A stretch of DNA of 64,000 bases. Source: Polymyxa betae A26-41. Taxonomy: Eukaryota; Protista; Endomyxa: Phytomyxea. Positions 17,561 to 28,825 of this stretch are shown here, one piece after another (position 1 is the stretch's first letter; each line of letters opens with the position of its first letter). The stretch covers positions 310,001 to 374,000 of the forward strand of contig RBZT01000499.1 of NCBI GenBank assembly GCA_003693705.1, read 5' to 3'. The notes under the pieces are model-generated. The model saw only the letters and a list, made by a program, of their open reading frames with translations, was not told where the DNA came from and searched no databases. The position numbers were made by a program, and so were the translations under genes.

Positions 17561-18690
17561 CTATGTACTGGTTGAGGCCCCTGGATATGTACAACCGTGC
17601 CCATGTTCGTTAGACGTTGCACGCGCATTTAGAAGGTTCGATTGGTCTATCGGCATGGCTCCCGGACGGGCAGAAGTCTGCAGCAGCGCCTTCTGGTCGC
17701 TGTTCATCGACATATATACATCTTTTGCTATAGCTTCTTGCGGCGAGGAAAACTCGCTGCTGATCGCATGTTGCTTGCTTAAATTAGACGCTAGGTTTTG
17801 CATTAAAAGCTGAACGACTTGTCGATCAATGTCGTTCATCAGCCTAAGCTGCTCTACGTGACCTGTAGTCGACGGATCAAATAGACTGCCGAGGAAAGAA
17901 TAAATTTTCTGGAAGTTGGGTGCTTTTGCAGCTACAAACTGGCGATTAGATCAAGCAATAAAGTAATTTCGAATTCATTACCTCCACCCATGTCCGATTT
18001 TTTGTCGTCAGTAATATGAGCAGCTACAGCCTGCTGTAGATAAAACTGAGCTTGGGCGAGTTGTTCTTGATGAAGTTGAGCCAACTGCTCCCGCTCGAAT
18101 AACGCGAACTGCAACGAGTTCCCAATATTCGTTGGATGCTGTCCTATTATCGGCCTCGAAGGCGGCATCTGATGAACGATACTTGGTGTTGGAGAGCTGA
18201 AAGGATACGAGGCGTTCATGTAATCTTGATTGACAACGGAGCCCTGGGTCAAAGTACTGAAATCAGTACTTTTGTTGATGATTGGCGCAGGTTTCCTATC
18301 GCGAGCAATCTTTGGATACGGTTTTTTCGAGCGACGTTTCGGCCTAGGCGGTGGAATGCAATCCTGCTTTCCGGTTTTCTGCATCTTCTGAAAGTATTTC
18401 TGTGCATGAGATCGGATCTGGATCACAGTCTTGGTCTTGATATGGGCCTCGATCTGCTTCCATTCCCTTTCGAACAACTGCAATGCTTCAAGAAATAGAT
18501 CATGCTCTTCGTCGGTCCAAGATTCACGCGGTTTCGTAATGGTATACGGCTTCCGATTTTTCTTCTGCTCTCTCTATCATATAATATTCAGGAGATTGCT
18601 GAAGAGGCAAGATGACATTCGCAGTACCTTGTTTTGTTTTGGAGAGCCAGCACTATCAAGGTCGGCAAGTTCGTCTTGTGACTCTGGCAT
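17561..18690 (-). CDS. SHAQKYF-class MYB transcription factor, REVEILLE/LCL-like (two introns)
   Basis: [70 protein letters not shown], and in the last exon [47 protein letters not shown]. Confidence 0.9.
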
Positions 18691-19725
18691 CAGTATCGTC
18701 TGAGATCTCAATGGTGTCTGGGTCCAAATCTACGCCGCAGCTGCCGAACAGAATCTAACCAGTGGATAGTGGCACTAATATTGGGATCGATCAGGCGTCC
18801 CTGTCCCTACTTAGATCACTGTTTCGACTTAGCGAACCTGGCTTTGAAAACGGCGGCAGGGATGGGTTGGAATCGGGCTGCAAAGCCTGCCTAAATAAAC
18901 GCGGAGATCTGCAGCGAGGCAGATTCGACGGTGCTGAGATATGACGATTAGGGCGGTGATGTTGATGTGAACCCAGTCTCAGTAGATTCCAAACATGCTC
19001 AAGGACATGATGGGGCTGCTGATTCATGGCGGGGCCACTTCTACAGTCAGACTTTCTCCTTTCAACTGAAATTTCCTCCATGAGATCGCCTCATTATAAT
19101 ATCATATCGCCTGTCAGTTCGCCGTTTAGAGACGGAAAACCAACTGTGAAATGATGTCGCAGTTGGGAATAAACCTCGCTTTGGTCATTATACATTACAT
19201 TGAACTCTTGACTCTTGAGTAGACCGATTGGAGAATGGATATAAAGCGAGGGAACCGGAAACTGAAGGCATAACACTAAAAGCGTGGATCGTGGGCGTTG
19301 ATCGGCCATGAAATGAGAAGCTGCTATTGAAGCAGCGATATAAATTAGTGTCGACACTATAGTGTCCGATTCGAATCGCATTCTGAGTGTTCATCAGCAT
19401 ACCGGTTCGAAAATATCCAAAAAACACGAATCCGCAATGTATCCTGTCAGTATCTTGCCGAGAGAAAGCGATACTACTATTCCAACGATTTGTCACGCTG
19501 GCGAAACTGACAGAATCGATCGCATAAAACCCGCAATGGAAGTCAGCGTTCAGATCCGTTTGTTATTCGTGAACCCGATCGGCAAGACAAAGCCCACAGC
19601 AAGAAACCGAACCCTTTTAAGATCCATGCTCATGGTTACGGGAAATTAGTTATTATGGCGTAAATAAAGAGAGAGAGATTGATGAGCGTCTGCTTAAATC
19701 GCCTTATAACGCACTTACAACTATT

Positions 19726-22282
19726 ATGGTGTCAATTCGAGTCCTAACTACAAAGTTCATCAATGACATCGTCCAGGAATATCCCGATCTCGAATCTGTC
19801 GATCTGTCTCAGAATTGTAGTCTACGACTGTTTCTGCTGCCATTATTTGCTGATTTGTGCTGCTGAAAAGCAATTAAGCGGATTGAGAATCTGTTCCCGT
19901 TGGCTTCTCTAAAGGCTCTTGTTCTTTCCCATAATGAGATTTCGATCTTGGAGAATATTGACTGTTTACCAGCCCTCCAGCATCTTGATGTATCCAACAA
20001 TAAGATGTCAGCTTGAAAATTTGATCCGGCAAATTTTAAACTTTTTTCAGAAGCATCATTGATAGTTCGGTCGCTGGGTGCTCTCGGTTGGAGATTCTGG
20101 ACTTGCGAAATAATTTGCTGCTCGCGGTTGCAAGTTTAAAGCCTCTCTCTAATTTGCCAGAATTAAAATCTCTAATGCTGGAAGGCAACCCTATTTGCTC
20201 GCTAAGGTCTGAAAACGAGCTCGTCTCGCGCTTGTTAAGTTCATATTTAGGGATCATCGCAAGCAAGTAGCCCGTTTACTTGTCAATTTGCAAACGTTGG
20301 ATGATCGGCCTATTTTCCTGTTTGACCGTCTGGAGCAGGAAAGCGATCGAACCGATGAGGGCGACTTTCATGTGAAGTCATCACATGAAAGATCTTTCAG
20401 TTATACAACTGTCGCTGCACGTAGTTCACCCTCGCCTCTACCCAGTCGCCATTTGTTTTCAAATGATTTACATCCAACTATCCAGCCTGAAATCTGTGAT
20501 TTAATCAAACAAATTCAACTGCGAGATATGCAGATCGCAAGCTTTCAGAAAATCATGCAGATACAAGATGATTCTGCCAAGGTACTTCGATTTTTTTTAG
20601 TACGTTGTTCTTTTCGGTTAATAGTTGTCAAGGATAGCACTGAAGAATTACTGAACCGTTGGAGAAAGAAGGTCTACGAACTGCTCGTACAGTTAGAATC
20701 ACAAGCTCTTCAAACCAACAAAAAGGAGCTAGAATTTCAGGGGTCTGTATGTAGTTTGTTATCCCAAATCTTTCATTACGAATTCAATTTTTAGCGAACA
20801 AGAGGAATATGAAGAACAGCTGGCCTCACTACAGAAGCAAATTGTATTAATTAAAGAATCCGCAGCCAGGCAGCAGATTGAGAATGAACTGATTTCGGAT
20901 CGGAAAAAGGTGACACCAATCTCAAGCAAAGTGTTAGATTTATTTATGTTGTAGGCTGCCGAGAGTGCTTTAGTCAACGAGCAGACTCGGTCAAGAGCGC
21001 TTGTAAATCGTATCAATATAAACCGAGAAGGTATCCAGAAAACAAAGAATGTGCTTCAGCAGAAACTGCAGCCATTTCGAGGCATGTTCGATGCTCTTAT
21101 GCAGGCATCAGATGAATTAGATGCATTCGCACAGAGAATGAAATTTGCCTTATCGCGCATCAAAATCTATAGTGGTAAGCAAAATTTATATACTGTTATG
21201 CATCAGGCTGATATCTAACAAAGAAATGATTAAGAAGAGACGTGCTGCATTTGAACCCTCTTATAATGGCTTGCAGTTATCAAATGTTCCAGTTCCCAGC
21301 TCAAGAACTGGCAGCCTGGAGCGAGAAATTGAGCAACTGTCTCAAGAGTAATTATGTGTCTTGTATCCTTTCGATACCTAAAGTGTTTACAGACGAGCGT
21401 TGTTGCTTTGCAAAGTTGCAGATTTTGAACAGAAGATTCGGATTGCAGTCGATACTGCTTCTCTGATGCATGGCGAACAGATAAAAAGAGCCACTGATGA
21501 ACGCAATTCTGCTCTCGCCCTTGTTGATGAGATCACGAAAGAGAATGATCTTTTACAATCAGTGATGCAGTTGCTCAGTTTTTACGTCATACGGTTAATA
21601 GTCATTGTAGAAATTGAAGCTCAAACAGTCAGAAAATGAAGATCTCCAATCACGAATGCTTGCTGAAAAAGACGCGCGCACTTCTGAGAAGAACTCGCTT
21701 ACAGAAATTAACCTGCAAATCGTTTCAGGTTAAAGCCGAGTTTCACTCCCCTATTTTGCATTTGCTTACCTAAAGTGATTAGACATGACGAGACACTTCA
21801 AAGAAACTGTTGACAGGCTGTCAACTTGCAATCAAGAGCTTTTGAAAGAGTGCAAGGATATGAAAGCTTTGCATGAACTTGACGCAAACCGGGTCAGAAT
21901 TTTAGAAGATCAGTTATCCCAGCTGCGACATCAAATAGAAGAGAAGTTGAACGTTCAGACGTCCTCTGTCCAGCTGCTATTAGAAAAGAGCAGTCATGAT
22001 TTACAAGCTACCGAGTCAGAAAACCGAAATCTTAAGGTCCGGGGGTTTGACGGTCAATTAGGCTTAATAATTTTGGTTTAGGCTTCATCGGAACAGAAGG
22101 ATAAAGAGATAACGAGATTGTTAATGGAATTGAACAAGTTACAGCAACGATCCGTTCAAGATGCTGAGCAGCAAACCAGTATAGAAGCCAACGTTGACAA
22201 ACCAAGAATAGATTGCGCTGGCGACTCATCCACTGCCATCAGATTACACAAATTGGCCTCACTAGCGTCATCACTTTTGTAA
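19726..22282 (+). CDS. SDS22-type LRR protein fused to a CCHCR1/HCR-like coiled coil (multi-exon)
   Basis: LRRs (LKALVLSHNEI, LQHLDVSNNK, LEILDLRNNL, LKSLMLEGNP, LQTLDD cap), then IASFQKIMQIQD..LLNRWRKKVYELLVQL and a long coiled coil. Confidence 0.75.
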
Positions 22283-22396
22283 GATATTTTAATGTATTAT
22301 GTATACTGTATACCTGTATATTTACAAACCACAAAAAACTCTGCTTGAAGTGTTTAGTTCCTCCGATAATTCATAATTAGCAATGATGTTTAGATA

Positions 22397-24383
22397 CTAT
22401 GGCGGTGATGTAGGAGAGCTTATAGAGTTTGCAGGTGTGCTTGAATCAACACATTCTTGAACTGCTTGTAAAGCCATTTCGTAAAACCAGTTAGGGGCAT
22501 TCTGGTTACACTGCTTTAGTACAGTTGCTAGCGATGGAAGAATTGGAAGACTTGATTCTGATAAAAGAGCTACTGCCATTCCTGAGGTGAGCGTTCGCCC
22601 GGTCCTGCGGATGTAGGCATCTGTCAGCAACAATTTAGTCTGAGAATCCATTATTAGAGGCCATGTTATACCTATATTTGTTGGCATGTCGAAACTTACT
22701 ACAAGGTCAACCTATACCGTGTTAGAGAACGGTTTTAACAGAAATGACATCACATTACGCTGGGCAGTTGCTCAAAAACATGATTTGCAACATCGGTTGC
22801 GATAAGCACAGGCAATCTTCCTTCTTGAAAAGCAAGCAATGACGCTTCTCGTTCTTCTTGCGTTCGTCCGCCGTGTAATCCTCCGGCAACAATTCCTTGG
22901 GATATCAACCATTTAGTTACTGATTCTGCCGTTCTTTTAGTTGCGACAAATACTAAAGCCCTTGCGGATCGAGGGAGTCTCTTATATGCGTTCAAGAGCG
23001 ATCGACGCTGGAGAAACTTGAATAATGCAGTCGATTAATACATAAGACAGTTTACCCTATCAGCATCGTCCTTCACAAACTCGACAGTCTGAGTAATCCC
23101 GAGACAAGAAACAGTGGTGTCGTTTGCTACATAGGTGTACTCCTCCTATAACTATAACTTTACAGATTGCAAAGCATGGTCTGAAATCATACCATTAAGC
23201 TATCACAAAAAGCCTCTAAACGTCTAGGGAAAGCACGGGTATATACTAAAGTCTGGTGTGTCCCTTCCGGCATTCCTTCGAAATTGGCAATCCGACGTAG
23301 CTTCATTTGTAGGCCAATATTGCTCTGTTTGCAAATTTGAAGGAACTTGGATTTTGACGTTGAACATTTACATACCATATGCCCAGCTTCCCATAAGATT
23401 AAGATCTTAACCTGAGTCATGGAAATGTATCCTCTCTAAGAAGTTACATACATTGGCATATATCTGAAAAGAAACATTCCTTATGCTGACCTCTAGAAAG
23501 TCCATTAAGCGACCAGCAGTCGCTACTATGATATCGCATCCTTTCTGTAAAGCTTGCAGTTGAGGGCGACTGTCAATTCCACCACGAATTAAAAGAGCGT
23601 TCAATCCAGTTCGTCGCGTTATTGTAGTAGTTTCCTAAGCAACTATGTAAATGTATCGCACTTTCAGGAGCAAATTACCTCGAAGACTCGCTCTGCGACA
23701 TCCTTGGTTGGTGCGAGTAGTAAAACAGAAGGATTAGCCGACTTCGCTAACATTCTAATTCGGTGTCCTCCAATCGTAGATGCAGGGTTTTTCATGTAAT
23801 CATGCTTCTGAGAAGAGCTATTGCAGCTGGAGATGTGTAAAAGACGTCTGATTGCTGGAATAAGCAAGGCCGATACAGCGGTTTTTTCAGACTGAATGCA
23901 AACGACAACATTTCTGCCTTTCTTGATTGCAGGCACTGAGCATTGTTCAACTGGAGTCACTTCCGCACTAGCTACAGGATTATTCTCTTGATTGCCTGCA
24001 GGGCCAGCAGGTCTTCTTTGTTTAGGTTGCTGAGATGTTCCTCTTATCTCGACTTTAACTCCGTTAGGTTTTCGTAATTTTGCAGATGTTGCTGCCCCTT
24101 CCGATTCCTGTTCTCTATGACTAACTTGAAGAAAGTTAACCCCTGGCAATTTAGGCTCTTCATATGGCACTGGAGAAGCCAAAGGCCATATCTTTAAAGG
24201 ATTTGGGTGAAGATTTAATGAGCTTCCCGGATAGACGTTAGAGCAGGTGTTCACGATGGGGCGTCGAATGACGGATCTTTCTGGAGCCGTCGGGCGCTGA
24301 TGTAAAGCCAGCCAATCGTTAGACGCCAGCGCCTCGAACGCCTCGGTTAAAGCGCTGATGTCTTGGTTGATTGGTGATGACAT
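22397..24383 (-). CDS. DDX3/Ded1-like DEAD-box protein with degenerate ATPase motifs (pseudo-helicase)
   Basis: Colinear with DDX3 (LLLAPT, GG, ATAGRLMDFLE, LVFVATKRTA, LHGGRTQEERE..LIATDV, FDMP). Motif I reads IQSEKT, II WEAGHM, III YTRAF and VI YIRRTGRT. Confidence 0.8.
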
Positions 24384-24778
24384 CAGACCTATAGAGATGT
24401 TCACTAAAGCAGAAGAAATGAGAAATGAAGGCACCCCACATCCTCAGCACTCTCCAGGAGACTGCCACGTGAGAGATGACAGCGACGACTGTCGATCGCG
24501 TCATCGACACTGTCGCCCAGCGCATTGCTGGCAGAGCTCATGTCAAAATGTGGGACCGCGACTGCATTTTGCAACGTTAAACGCTTAGATCGATCACATT
24601 TGCTTGCTTTCGACGGTGCCCTAAGAAGAAGCGGAAATGGTCAGGGTTACGTTACCGAGCTCTTCATGTGTGCTTACTATTGAGCGCAATAAGTCAAGTA
24701 GTCAACCGCGACTCCTACCATTGGCACTTCGTCGTTGGGAGCCACAGTTCAACATCCCGAGCAGCTGAAGCCGCTCCG

Positions 24779-26182
24779 ATGGTCTCAGATCTCGGACAGG
24801 GAGCTGCAGCGTATTCTGCACGCTCAACCAGGGTTCGGCGCCCAGCTCGCTTGTCCAATACTTTATCTGGGCTTGCGCAAGTTGGTGAAGGATCCGTTTC
24901 TGAGGACAAGCAAGACTGGCGGGAGTCGCCTAAGAGATGGCATCGAGATGTCCCTGGGGTTGTAAACGATCTGGGAGAAGTTGTTCGTCCTGGGTCGCCT
25001 CTGCGGCTCAGCTCAACTTCTAGGACTGCGGTCCTTGCTGGAAGTTTAAGACGAAGGACCCCGATGATACCGAAGAACGTTCTGTATTATGGGTACTAGT
25101 TCGCTATCTTTTTGTGTGATTCTTCTTAACGAGCTCACAGCCTGCTACTGTTCCCTATTCTTGCAGCCATTCCGATGATGCTGTCCTATTTCCGCTCAAT
25201 CGGAACCAATTTGAAAGCCCCGGAAATACCTAATTCCGTGCTCGAATCTGGAGACCCAACGCTTTTACAGTTTTTGAAAGAAAACAACCAGCATGTCGCT
25301 CAGTTATCTGTTAGAGTCGACGAATTAGAGCGAATTCGATCTGAGAACGTTCATACCATAGAGGTCCTCAAATCACAGCTTTCTGAGCAAGCCAATGCTC
25401 AAGATAAGCTAATAAGCGAAGTGAAAAGTGTTGCGACTCAAAAAGTTCAACAAAGCGGAGTCAACCAGAGCGATTTGGACAAAGTCTTACTTGAGCTGGA
25501 AAATGCCAAAGCAGAACTATCTCTTAGCATCCTAGAACAGAAATCAGAACTTCAAGAGCTTGCCTCCAAGAAGCACAGCTCTAGCTCCTTTGACAATGTC
25601 GAGAAGTTAATCGATAGAGCTCTTTACAGACATCTTGCTGATGGAACCGAGATGGTCGATTATGCATTGGAGTCAACTGGTGGAAGTATTGTTTCAGTAA
25701 GCGGTACACATACTGGCTCTATGGGCTTATTTGGGCTTGCATCAAGCTATCTTTTGACATCAAGGAAATCGGAAGAGATTATCCGTCCACAAGTTACACC
25801 AGGACAATGCTGGCCCATGACAGGGCAATCTGGATGGGCTGTTATCTCCTTATCTGATTCCGTTATACCGACGGCTGTGACATTAGAGCATGTTGCACCT
25901 GAGATCGCGCCTCACTTCGAATCTGCGCCTAAAGATTTCTCGCTTTTTGCTGTTAATGGAACTGGGGAATCCATGGATCAGATTCTATTGGGATCATGGA
26001 AGTATCGTAAGCCGGTACCAGGAGATGTGCCTGTTATTCAGACATTTACCATTACGAAGAAGTTCGACCAGCCTATCTCTACAGTCAATTTTACCATCAA
26101 CAGCAACTATGGAGGAAATTACACCTGCATCTACCGAGTTCGAGTGCACGGAAAAGGCAATTCTAATACTCGTGTTGATTAG
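24779..26182 (+). CDS. SUN-domain (Sad1/UNC-84) inner nuclear membrane protein; start may lie at 24637
   Basis: Basic S/R-rich N-terminus, TM segment, coiled coil, then DYALESTGGSIV, PGQCWPM, VTLEHV, SAPKDF and SNYGGNYTCIYRVRVHG. Confidence 0.92.
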
Positions 26183-26228
26183 ATAATACGGTTATACATT
26201 GTTTATGAAAATGCATGATAAGGGTTGT

Positions 26229-26975
26229 TTACTTAGTTTGGCCTCTTTTTGGGCGATTTTCATGTAATCCTGGAGGATTGTATGTCGGTGCAGATTTCTC
26301 TAACCATGGAATCTTCGGAACAGTAGAATACTGACTCAAGATCTGAAAGCATTGCTGCAATCTCGGGCTTGAGAATGAATCGTCCTGCAATGGTGTGTTA
26401 GAAAGATCTGAAGAATAATCCTTCACAATTTCCAATACTTTCATAATAGCAAAGCATGTAGCAAACCGTACATTGAGACACTGGCCCAATCTTCGGCTAG
26501 AACATGATAGAATCAGATAGGGGATTTGTTGAATACAGGCCATGATAGGAAGATGTTCAATCAGAATCTGAGGGGTTACTTCTTTGCAGACGATTAGAGA
26601 CCTGATCGATTTTTGCTCTGTTAAAACAGAGCTTTGACATCTTGAAACCAGTGATTGCTAAAGAGAAGGCTGACCTGATTCCATAGCTTTGGAGACTGCA
26701 TTTATGCCTACAATCAGCATGGCTCTCGCATGACGATTATCTTCGGATGGAAGATCGTTACGAGAACAGAACGCGCTTGTTAACCGTTCTAAAATGAGTT
26801 TCGTCTGGTCTACGCCGCATGGCTCGACAGCAGACTTGCTAACCAGAGGCGACTTAAAGCTTAACTTTACGGTAGGTTTGGCCTGCTTTTGTTTCCTTAG
26901 TGTTAGGGAGCTGTTACTGACCACAGCAGCTTTGCCTTTCGTCGTCTTTAGATTAGATTTCCCTGATTTATTCAT
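26229..26975 (-). CDS. L7Ae-family protein, RNase P/MRP subunit Rpp38/Pop3-like (one intron)
   Basis: LIVGINAVSKAMESG..LIVCKEVTPQILIEHLPIMACIQQIP..LGQCLNVRFATCFAI is the Rpp38/Pop3 type of L7Ae signature. Confidence 0.7.
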
Positions 26976-27396
26976 CAGAGGAAAAGCGAATGCAGAAATT
27001 CCATGCGCAAATTCCGAAAGTATTCGTGTTTTGTCGGTTACAATATTTACAGGAAAAAATCATAGGAAGACAAGAGTTATCTCTTATCTGGGAAGAAATC
27101 TGTCAGTCAAACTATGAGATTTGATTCGAATCTTAAATCCCAAAGACTGTCGTCATCAGTTCCCAGAATTTCAGACAGGCAAAAGATAGGCTGACTATGC
27201 TCATCTGACTGTCTTGTTTTGGTTTAAAAAGCGGGATTCAATTCCCTTTTGATTTTCCAAGAAAAGGTATTTCAGCAAAAGATGTTTTTTGCGGAAAAAA
27301 TGCAACATTTTCTTCAGAAATTGAAATCAAATTCCGCCACGGACTCCGTCAAGCTGCAGTGGTGACCGCCATCGCGTTCGTCGATCGCCAGCCCTC

Positions 27397-28746
27397 ATGC
27401 CGACTTTACATCCCGACAATGCTGACCTCGAACGTCGTCTGGCCGACGAACTGTTCGGTCCTGATCTATCTGACATCGTCCCAACTGGTGATGACGACGC
27501 CAGATCCGATCACGGCTCGGCGGCCGGCGCCTGGTCGGATCCGGACGACGACGACGTCCGTGTCGACTTAACGACGTCCGCCATCACGAAGAAGCTCCGC
27601 CGATCTGAAGACGAGACCCTGATTTCCGGCCGTGAATATACAGCTCGTCTTCGATCACAGTTCCAGAAGCTACATCGTCAACCAGAATGGGCAAAACCTA
27701 ATCGTGATGCCACCTCTGATGACGATGACGACGAATTCGCTTATATGCACACGACCGAACCATTGCTAGCAACAGATGCTGCCAGTGGTCGTGGCCTGTC
27801 TGCTGGGCGAATCCGCCTCCAGAGAATGAAAGACGCCAATCACGAGGCTCCCAGCGACGCCACCATTCAGAGCGTTCGTTTTCATCGTGATTCGCAGCTG
27901 CTTCTGACCGCCGGCATGGATAAGACGCTTCGTCTGTTTCACATCGCCGGTCAGACCAACGCCCGACTTCGTCAGGTTCACATCTCCGACATGCCCATGT
28001 TCTCTGCCGAATTCGCCGCCGATGGTCGCCAGGTCTGGCTTGCTGGACCTCGGCCCTATTTCTACGTGTACGACCTCGAGGCCGGCCGCGTCGATAAAGT
28101 TGCCGGCCTAAGCGGCCGCCCCGATAAATCGTTCCGTCTGATGGCGCCTTCGCCTGACGGTCGTACTGTCGCCTTTCTCTGCCAGGACGGCTGCGTCGCC
28201 TTTGTATCAACTCAATCGAAGCAATGTATCGGAACTGTTCGGGTGAATGGCGATCTGCGATCTCTTCAGTTCAATGATGATGGTAGCGAGCTGTATTCAG
28301 TAGCACATGATGGTCAGGTCCTTATCTGGGATGTTGCCACCCGAAGATGTCGCCGCCGTCACCAAGATCACGGATGTATTAAAGCAACCCAGATTGCTGC
28401 CCGTGGTTCAATGTTTGCTACCGGAATGGCATCCGGCATCGTGAATCTATATTCGGATGAGAACACCGACCCGGCTCCATTGAAGTCATTCACGTCGTTA
28501 ACAACACCCATTGATTCGTTGGTGATGAATCATGATGGGCAGCTATTAGCAATGGCGTCGAAAATCAAGAAGGATGCCTTACGTTTAGTACACGTCCCTT
28601 CAAGGACCGTCTTTACATCATGGCCGACCTCACAGACACCACTTCACTACGTCTCATCACTGGATTTCTCTCCGGACAGCCGATATCTGGCGATTGGAAA
28701 TGATCGCGGTCGTGTCCTACTCTATAACCTGGCCCAGTACCAATAA
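27397..28746 (+). CDS. UTP18: U3 snoRNP / SSU processome WD40 protein Utp18
   Basis: LERRLADELFG, AWSDPDD, EYTARLRSQF..PEWA, RMKDAN, KKDALRLVHVPS.TVFTSWP and LAIGNDRGRVLLY. Confidence 0.92.
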   Translation: MPTLHPDNADLERRLADELFGPDLSDIVPTGDDDARSDHGSAAGAWSDPDDDDVRVDLTTSAITKKLRRSEDETLISGREYTARLRSQFQKLHRQPEWAKPNRDATSDDDDDEFAYMHTTEPLLATDAASGRGLSAGRIRLQRMKDANHEAPSDATIQSVRFHRDSQLLLTAGMDKTLRLFHIAGQTNARLRQVHISDMPMFSAEFAADGRQVWLAGPRPYFYVYDLEAGRVDKVAGLSGRPDKSFRLMAPSPDGRTVAFLCQDGCVAFVSTQSKQCIGTVRVNGDLRSLQFNDDGSELYSVAHDGQVLIWDVATRRCRRRHQDHGCIKATQIAARGSMFATGMASGIVNLYSDENTDPAPLKSFTSLTTPIDSLVMNHDGQLLAMASKIKKDALRLVHVPSRTVFTSWPTSQTPLHYVSSLDFSPDSRYLAIGNDRGRVLLYNLAQYQ

Positions 28747-28825
28747 TCATACCGAATAAATCACTTAAACTCTGTTAATCGACATATGGTGTTAAGCATT
28801 GATTGGACATCGTCGCCGACATGAA

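Noticed and set aside
18791-19649. Short ORFs upstream of the MYB gene (possible uORFs or extra exons)
   Set aside because: No conserved motif or convincing splice path; cannot be separated from chance ORFs.
21363-21371. gtatccttt resembling a U12 donor
   Set aside because: Lies inside an ordinary GT-AG intron that starts upstream at gtaatt.
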